A DNA stretch of 64,000 nucleotides from contig NMRA01000009.1 of NCBI GenBank assembly GCA_002633005.1, positions 163,138-227,137 on the forward strand, read 5' to 3'. This stretch comes from Phoronis australis (lineage: Eukaryota; Animalia; Phoronida). Below the pieces are notes generated by a model, which worked only from the letters and a program-made list of their open reading frames with translations, did not search any database and was not told the origin of the DNA. Each line of letters starts with the position of its first letter. The first letter of the stretch is position 1. The position numbers and the translations under genes are program-made. Positions 55,794 to 64,000 of this stretch are shown piece after piece.

Positions 55794-57550
55794 TGAGTAA
55801 GGTGTGTGCTGTTGCAGGAGGTGTGATACACTCTGTCAACAGGCAAGCATTTAGGCTCTTATGGTGCAACTGATGCTCCTACTGTTGAACATCACTTGTG
55901 TCAGTTCATATTTTAAAAAGCAATATTCTTTACTAAGCTGTGAATGTCACCATTTTTGACTGTCCTGGTTATGATCTTCTTATGATCTCTTTAAACATGT
56001 TAAATCTCTGCTGGCTGTGAAATATTTGTGTTGAGAGACATTTTCACTGTACACACGTTTTTGTGCTATAGTTTATGTTGTGCATTTCATATTTTAATAT
56101 TCCACTTGGACTCATGGACATTTCAAGTGGTTCTTTGAAAACCTCTGATCTGTAGGACATGCCCACTGTCATAGTTATGACCAGATACTTGTTTATGGCT
56201 CATGTTACCATGCTAAGTGCCGAAGTGGTCTTCTATCTTATTCTTAACTCAAATGCTATTTTTCCATACATGTGGTAAAATCTCACCATTTTCAGACAAA
56301 AATAATTAAACAAAATAATTACCAAAATAATTTTTTTTTCATTTTCAGGGTCTTATAACATATTTTGTGAGTGTCCATAACTTTTCAGAATATGTTATTT
56401 GATAGTAGCTGCAGTACACTCCAAAAATTATCAGGCAAAATGATCCACAATTCCCTGTCATGATGACTGAGCAAAAGCTATGTGCGAGTGGAAATTTCCA
56501 TCGGAGTAGCTGGAATGTACTTGACTAAATTTGACGACATTTCATGATGCTCGCCTTTATTTGATATTTTCTCCAAGCATCAATATCCTTGCGCTGTTAC
56601 TACGGTAACCAGTGTTCAGTTAGCTTGATAAGTGAGCCGAAAAGGTCTTGTCGAAAATCTTGAATAGGGCCGTAAGCTTATTGCTCCAGTCACCTTTTTC
56701 AACATTGATTTCCAAGTTTGGATAACTTTGCCTCTGAGTAGCCATTGCTGTGCAAGCTTGAGTAAGGTTGTTGGTCAACAGTATAATTCAATCTTATTGT
56801 CTTTGGTGAAACTTAGTTGTTACTCACTAGTCATTAAAATAAACATATCGCATGTGACAATGTAGCTTAATGATACACTTAATAAGAATGTCAGCCACAT
56901 TGCTAGCAAACTTTGTGTCGAACCTGAATAAAGTAGCCGCAAAAAGCTCGAATTTGTTGATTAAGTTTAAGACAGATTGCCCATAACTGAATGAGATTTG
57001 TACTGACAACAAAGTCTATTTACTTGTCCTTGACATGGATACAGAAATTTGTCTGATGACTTTCGACTCGTACTGTATGCAACAGAATTTGAACACGGTA
57101 AAGCAGTGTTTAATTTGGTGCTACCTTCTTGTGAAAAAATGAGAAAATAAAATTTTGTTTGCAAGATTTTGTCTTAAGTTGGTGAGATTGTTGTTGTGAA
57201 GTGTTTATTAAATCTGTCTAGTTGTATGGTTGGTCATGCTTTAGTCAGTGCATAGTCACAAGAATGATGATTTGTTCATACATTAGGTGGATAGGGTACT
57301 TAACTGTCTCTAAATAGTTCGAGTTCGGTATTGAGTCGATGGCTAATTTTATGTTTCTTTCACTGTGGGAATGAAATGTGTCCGTAGTGCTTGGTGTAAA
57401 GGAAGCCATTATGATGAAACATTCTGTTAGGCTTTAACCATGTTTCTATTTACTCTTTACTATCCTTTGGAAATGTTCAAGGCTAATGTCCTGGAAGTTT
57501 TTGATGATGCAGTACATTGTCTGGGGAGAGTACTTGATGGTTTGGTGGCT

Positions 57551-57930
57551 GGGGACTGTGCTTGGTGATGTATTACAGTGCCTGGGGACTGTGCTTGGTG
57601 ATGTATTACAGTGCCTGGGGACTGTTCTTGGTGATGTATTACAGTGCCTGGGGACTGTGCTTGGTGATGTATTAGGTTAACTTGGGCAATTATGTTGACT
57701 GAAGACAGTGCTCAATGTTGCCTAGATGGTGTATTACATGGCTTCAAGGAATGTGTTTGATCAGTTAGCATATTGCCTGGGAACAGTGCTTCATGGTGTT
57801 TTGCGTTGCCTGGGGACAGTGCTTGATGTTGCAACATGGCTGCCCAGAGTTTGGCTCTGAAGCAGGCTTTGTGTCAAGTATTCAGAGCAGGCTTTGTGTC
57901 AAGTATTCAGAGCAGGCTTTGTGTCAAGTA
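57551..57930. repeat. 33-bp tandem repeat (4 good plus decayed copies) followed by a 24-bp triplication, in the probable KCTD5 3' UTR
   Basis: ggggactgtgcttggtgatgtattacagtgcct repeated; agcaggctttgtgtcaagtattcag x3. Confidence 0.8.
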
Positions 57931-59124
57931 ATCACCCAATAGGTCAGATCTGATGATAAATGTTTAATAGATTTTTCTAATGACGAATAAGTGTACAGCT
58001 AAGTCATAAATTATGCAAGTAGACTGGATTCTGTCGGGCAATCAGACTTATTAAATGAGATTTTGAATTGTTGATGTTGATGAACTTTTTGTAGTCACTT
58101 GTCAGTTTTAGGCACATGCAATACAGTTATCTACCTTTGATTGTTATGTGCATATTGTTGTAATATTTCACAACAGTTTTGTACTCTTTGTAAAGTTTTT
58201 ATGGAGGTTGTTAGTAATTGCCCAGTGAAGGCCAGCGACTTTTATTGTGGCGTGATTTCTTGCTAAATGCTTTTTGTACTATTTATTACGAGATCAGGCT
58301 CTGTTGACATTTGGTAGCATGTTGATGATTTACCAGTCAGATTAAATAAACTTAAGTCATGGCATGTAATAAGCTGTTGAAATAAAGTTTTGCTGCAATT
58401 TCTAATATCATAGCTTAGTCATACCTTGAAGTACGTTGACGTACGCTAACATAAAAAGTGAATTGTCTTCATTAATATAGCAATGTCACGCATTACACAT
58501 TTCACCAAGAAACATTTGAATTGTTCACAAGCAACCTTCTGTATCAACCCTCATTTTAAATATGTACCTGAACCCATGCATTAAAATACCATGCAATTGT
58601 TTAGTCATTGACCATTGCTTTTTGGAGCTGTGGAACACGTACAATACAAAATTTTAGTTTCCAGCCAATCTTTTGCTGTTCAAGGTTGTGGCACATGGGC
58701 TGCTCATTCCATTGGGAAGTTTTTAGTACCACCGCAAAACGTGTTTAACTCTGAAAAAAATGAGAAACAATCGTGCATTTGTTTACCATTAAGATCTTGA
58801 ATGGTGTTAAATTGAATCCCCGCTAGAGACTAGTACAGGAACTTATGATAGTAAATTTCAGGGTGTTGATTCAGAGAGCTGGCATATTGTTACATTTCTA
58901 GAACCTAAACATACGCCAGGGCTTGCTTTTGGAAATGTTTATAAACACAAAATGTTTGGGTGATATAAACATGGAAGGAGGACCAATATACGTACTACTA
59001 CTTAATGGTGTTTTAGTCATTATTATTTAAAGTAGCAAGAAATTTGGCTTTTGTCCGACTACACTGCTCAACGCTGTGATGCTAACTTGTTCCTTTGAGT
59101 TAGTTAAAAACTAGTCCAAGGCAT

Positions 59125-59378
59125 GGGAAGAACTGACACCGTCATTAATCAAGGGAAGAACTGACACTGTCATTAGTCAAGGGAAGAACTGACTCAGTCA
59201 TTAGTCAAGGGAAGAAGTGACACAGTCATTAGTCAAGGGAAGAACTGACACTGTCATTAGTCAAGGGAAGTACTGACACTGTCATTAGTCAAGGGAAGAA
59301 CTGACTCAGTCATTAGTCAAGGGAAGAACTGATACGGTCATTAGCTAAGGGAACAACTGACACTGTCATTAGTCAAGG
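59125..59378. repeat. Minisatellite, 28-bp unit (gggaagaactgacactgtcattagtcaa), ~9 copies
   Basis: Directly visible; lies between the convergent KCTD5 and PDPK1 3' ends. Confidence 0.92.
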
Positions 59379-60991
59379 TCAAGAAGTTTACTGGTCATGC
59401 TGTGTCATGTTATGCAACCACCATTACACAACTCTGTAGCTAGCCAGAAATATTTCCTCATCTGAGTAAGGATTAATAAAGACTAATTTTACAAGAGAAA
59501 GTGGTTGAAATAAAGTTAGTTTATTGACAAAATGAGCTGAATAAGTCATGTTAGTGTAAAGCCCTGGTTTTGTTGTGCACTAGCTGACAATGTTTCCGGC
59601 AACCTGACTCCCTTTGTGTTCATAATGTTATTACAAAAATACATTTGTGCTGTGTTAGTTAATTCATGGCCATGGGAATTATGTGAATTAATATTTCAAG
59701 TCAAAATAACGACAGTTATAAGATTGGTATTACATTATTAACAAAATGACAATAATATTATGTAGTGAGTAACAACTCACACGAATGGACTAACTGAGGA
59801 GCATGCAACTATTTGAACTGTAGTCTGATTCTGGTGACCTTCACAAGAGTTCTCCAACTTGAGTAACCATCAACATAACCATGTATGTTAACAAAATGTT
59901 GACTGAACAGTCTTGAATCCCTCGCATGTAATATTATCCAACAGCTAACTATATCAACAAGCTAAAGTCCTGTCTTAATACTGTCAGTTTCTGCATATGT
60001 CCTACACATATGACTAACTGCAGTATGTAGACACGGATTCTAATGCAATTGTCAACCTAAAAAGTCACACAAAAGACAGGAGTGTGCAGTGACCCAAAAG
60101 TCGTATACGAAAAGTGGAAGAGTACAGATAGGGCTTGAAACAGAAGATAACTCATCTTCACCAGTGCAGTTGGGTATCACGACAATTGATTTTCCACACA
60201 ATAGGATTGGACTGAATGACATAGAAGGCTGACATGAGCAGTAAAATGACTGATTATTAAGCAAGTTACAAAAGGTTCCTGTCACATCGACCTAGTTCAC
60301 ACTATATCTTCAAGTATTTTGACACAACAAAACAGAATGGGGACCGAATAAACGTGGGAAATGCTACAATCTGAGTGAAAACCCCATGTGTGTCACACAG
60401 GGTTGCATTCAATCCATGTTTTTGGCTAAGGTTGCATGTTTTGCTCAAGTGTGCCATGTGATGGGACATTTTAAAGTAGATTCTCAAGTAACCTCTATTG
60501 GCCAGAACACAGACTTAGCATTATATTTACCTCTCAGGGCCAGAACACTGACTGAGCATGGCATTACCTCTCTGGGTGTCAGTTGTCTTTACACTTACAA
60601 ATTCTTCACATTCACTATTTACAGAACACTAGTAAAACCAAGGATGACAATGAAATATTGGTTCTGTTGATAGTGTATGTCACCAAGACCTGTTTACAGC
60701 ACTCGTGTGAAAAGCTCAGTCTATAAAATGCACTAAAACTGCACTAGTGCCTATCACCAACGTTTACATTTTTTGAACAGACATAACAGTCACTTGTGCG
60801 ACTAAATGTGGGATGAATGATTCACAACAGAACTGAAGGTAGCAAACTCTAGAACAAGTTACTGCTAGTTCGTGGCGTAGTGATTTATCATTGTTAACTA
60901 GCTTTCCCACAATTTCCTCTCTGGGGTGCACACAACCAAGTTACGTCTATCCGTAAAAATGTCAATGGCCATTTCCATAACAGTGTGGTTG

Positions 60992-61088
60992 TTAATTGCG
61001 TTTAGGCGTGACGGGACCGTAATATCTGAGCCAGACTTTATTAATTGCGTTTAGGCGTGACGGGACCGTAATATCTGAGCCAGACTTT
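60992..61088. repeat. 49-bp tandem duplication of the PDPK1 C-terminal codons and stop
   Basis: ttaattgcgtttaggcgtgacgggaccgtaatatctgagccagacttt x2. Confidence 0.92.
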
Positions 61089-61154
61089 GTTAATTTCCTC
61101 CACCCACTTGAGCGCATAACCTTCCGGGTCTTCCAGGTAGTATGTTCTGTTTGG
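61041..61154 (-). CDS. PDPK1: PDPK1 last coding exon
   Basis: [40 protein letters not shown]. Confidence 0.93.
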   Translation of the reverse strand, partial: PNRTYYLEDPEGYALKWVEEINKVWLRYYGPVTPKRN

Positions 61155-62792
61155 CTGAAATCAGTGACCAGCTGTTAAAACCAGGGCAAACACCTAACTT
61201 ATGTAAAATGCACCATCACATTATATGTGTGTATTTAAGAGCCACGTATACACAGCCTCTGTCTACATGCCAAATTAGGCGTATACACCTGTAACTGAAA
61301 CACTTGAGTAAAACAGAAGAACAAATTTCTAAAATATTAAATGAGTTAACATTCACTTTAAGGCACTTATGCGCATGCTACTATGTGCACAACACTAAAA
61401 TAAACGATTCTTTGAAAAACAAATCAATTCACAAGGGCCTAAATTCATGCATAGACGATTTATTTTAAAGAGTATTGCCAACAAAGTATTGGGTTTATTT
61501 CAAATAAGGAGAAATTTTTACTAGCAAATATAGGCGTAAGTTAAAATGAAACAAGTCTATTGAATACAAACTGTTTCACTAACTCAGATGGCACAAAATG
61601 TGGTTTGAGACATATTCAGTAAACTAATAACTAGTGAAAACTGCTAACCAGTTAGGTTCACACTTAGCAAAGACAAGGGGAGGGTTTCTTGACGCAGGAG
61701 ACTTGTAGTGAGAAACAAAACAGAAACAAATGCGTTTACTGCTATAATTCAACATTCCTACCTCTCTCACCAATCACTTCAAAGGAGGCAATTTTGTTAT
61801 GCAAGGCTGTGAAGTTACTGTGAAACTCCACCCTCTCACTCATATGACCTTTCATGACTTCGCCAAACTTGTGTTATGATACATATCCTGGCACTTGTAC
61901 AGTCAAACTTACCGTATGAACAAAGAATATTTTGAAGTTTTTAGATTCAGGCCTGAGTTCCCTGGAAAATGGTACCTCTCCCTTGTAGACCATGTTGACA
62001 GGGTCAACATAGTACAAGTGTGGACCTTCTGTTAATAAAAACATTCTCCTACGGGCAAACAGGCCCTGAAATTGACATTGAAGACAGAGTGGTTACATCT
62101 TATTAGACACAATTATTTATGAGAAAGTGTTTATATTTAAACCTGATAAACTCATCTAGGTCTCCATTTTTCTATAAGATTTTGCACACATCAAATAAAA
62201 AATTCAAAGTGATCATGCAACATAAATTTATTAATTCATTAATTGTTATTAGAATAGACCACAACAAGAAGTATCTCGTAGTTTTGTAAATCAGCTAAAA
62301 TTTCACACATTTGACAAAACTGTGAGCCCTCTAATGAAGAACTTCACATCTTGTTCCATAACAATATCGGCTTGTACTGATGCCTACATGTTAAGGGTTT
62401 ACATGTCAAAATCTTTAAAAAATGTTATTCACAAGCAACTGTTAGTGAAGAAAGGCTTCTCTTTTTACCATCTGCACAGAGTGAGAACAAGCAGCATAAG
62501 AGGTGGCACTCTTGGGATATCAGCCTCATGTGACTTTTAATTCCCATGTGACTCTTGGTTCACAAGTGTTACCTTACACATCTCATGTCATACACACCTT
62601 TCGTTTGTCTATAAGACCTTGTTTTAGGATGACATTGCCCTCTACGAATCTGTTATAAATATTATTCTGCGACTGCTCTGCTAATCGCCGGGACCTTTCA
62701 TCATCTGACATAGCATCACTGTCACTCTCTGTAGCACCAATACCGACCCCAATACCAAACAAGCGAGACAATTGCTCCTCATCCAGACCAGC
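61041..62792 (-). CDS. PDPK1: 3-phosphoinositide-dependent protein kinase 1, 3' part (PH domain); join(62598..62792,61913..62065,61041..61154); kinase exons lie right of the window
   Basis: ...[17 protein letters not shown]|[51 protein letters not shown]|[37 protein letters not shown] is the diagnostic PDK1 PH domain; phase-0 GT-AG junctions. Confidence 0.95.
61913..62065 (-). CDS. PDPK1: PDPK1 penultimate coding exon
   Basis: [22 protein letters not shown]...FFVHT; tttcag acceptor, GTAAGT donor. Confidence 0.95.
62598..62792 (-). CDS. PDPK1: PDPK1 linker/PH-start exon
   Basis: tttttgcag acceptor; [13 protein letters not shown]...[17 protein letters not shown]; GTGTGT donor. Confidence 0.88.
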
Positions 62793-64000
62793 CTGCAAAA
62801 ATACTGACAATACATCTGTATCCATGGCATAGTTACTATATCATCACTGGATGCTCTAGCAATCTGTAAATATGTTTGAGATTTGATTACAAATAGTATC
62901 ATTACTTAGTTTCATACAAACTGATAAATGAAAGTACTGTAAATAACCATTTTAAATTTAAAAACTACAACTCAGATATCACTTTAAGGCACACAAAAGA
63001 ACAGTACAACATCTTTTAGAAACTAGCTCAAAAATGAGATTTGTTATATCAGAGGTAAGTTAGCCTGATAAAGTTCCTGTTGTACAACTAGATAATAGAA
63101 TTAACTTGTCACTAAGTTTGAAGATGACCTCCAGGTTCTACCAACTTGAGCATAAACTAAGATTCCATGCTCCATCCAAATTGGCGAATATCAGCTTACC
63201 AAACACGACTTTTGTCTGCCAGTAGACTTCATCATGGCCCTCACTCACCAAACACAACTTTAAACATTAGCTATTAATCTTGCCAAACACAGCTTATAAT
63301 TTCAAGATTTCCCCCACTGTCTTGGTGAAGTAAGGTCACATGGGTGTGATCAAATACCCACAAACAAATCTCATTTATAGTAAGTGACCAACGGATCAGC
63401 ATAAGCCAGGAGATCAAATGACATCATGTCAATGAATCCTCAGCAATCTGTAACATAATGAAAGCCTATCCCATTTCACTAGAAAACCAATACGCTTCCA
63501 CAACGAATAGTCGCTTTCATAATCTGAGAGTTTGTTGGAAATCTTTGAGGGCTGTTCCAGCAAAATCTGTGAAATAAAAATTTATGGGTGATGGTCTTTA
63601 GAAGAAAATTTAAATTATGGGTGGTCCTTCATGAAAGAAGTAAATCATTATAAGTGGGTCGTGTTTTTTGTCTTGTAAATGTTAACAGGTGGGTATTTTC
63701 AGCCAAACACTGACCTCAATATCCTCCGAAAAAAATCAAAACTTACCAAAAAATTTACAAAACAAGCCATGTTGCTAGCCTACAAAGTGCAATATGTACA
63801 CCATGCTGTTACTCAAGTCATGGGCAACTTGATGATAGGGACATGCTGAACAGTCATGTCCGTCTGTTCATCTACCGTCTGTCATCATTTCCTGTCTGTC
63901 AATTATCTCAAGAACCACATGGCGGATCATGATAAAATTTGGTATAGAGGTACTTGGCGGGGATGCACCAGCACCAGTCGATTTTCAGACGAATTTGGCT

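Noticed and set aside
62793-62863. Alternative upstream acceptor for the PDPK1 linker exon
   Set aside because: Introduces an in-frame TGA; the acceptor at 62793 gives a clean phase-0 exon
63494-63566. Possible additional PDPK1 exon (strong minus-strand acceptor tttttatttcacag, open frames)
   Set aside because: Weak donor (GTATTG) and no recognisable PDK1 similarity; needs RNA-seq
63855-64000. Start of another HINE-like repeat (GTCC/GTCT microsatellite head)
   Set aside because: Cut by the window edge; termini cannot be verified

Overview
AT-rich, intron-rich genomic DNA from an invertebrate animal (a lophotrochozoan such as a mollusc is plausible but cannot be proven from this window). It contains four spliced housekeeping genes. 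VTI1A (minus strand) has 4 coding exons at 14140->2777 and continues past the left edge. RPL34 (plus strand, 14548-23643, complete, 113 aa) is head-to-head with VTI1A across a ~225-bp shared promoter. KCTD5/2/17-like (plus strand, 27384-55793) is complete at 213 aa. PDPK1 (minus strand, 62792->61041) is represented by its last three coding exons and converges on KCTD5. Introns are packed with non-autonomous mobile DNA: Helentron-type HINEs including a head-to-tail dimer, pogo/Tc1-like, hAT-like, ISL2EU/THAP-bearing, Harbinger-like and P-like MITEs, and a young 5'-truncated RNase H-bearing LINE with a 12-bp TSD. There are also about 20 unrelated minisatellites. The most unusual element is an ~870-bp repeat whose internal sequence is the exact complement of its own circularised end-to-end junction (Crypton/DIRS-like architecture) and which carries a tRNA-like Pol III promoter. 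Most ORFs in the supplied track are spurious (repeat-derived or intronic). All gene and family assignments come from manual reading and motif recognition; no searches were run.
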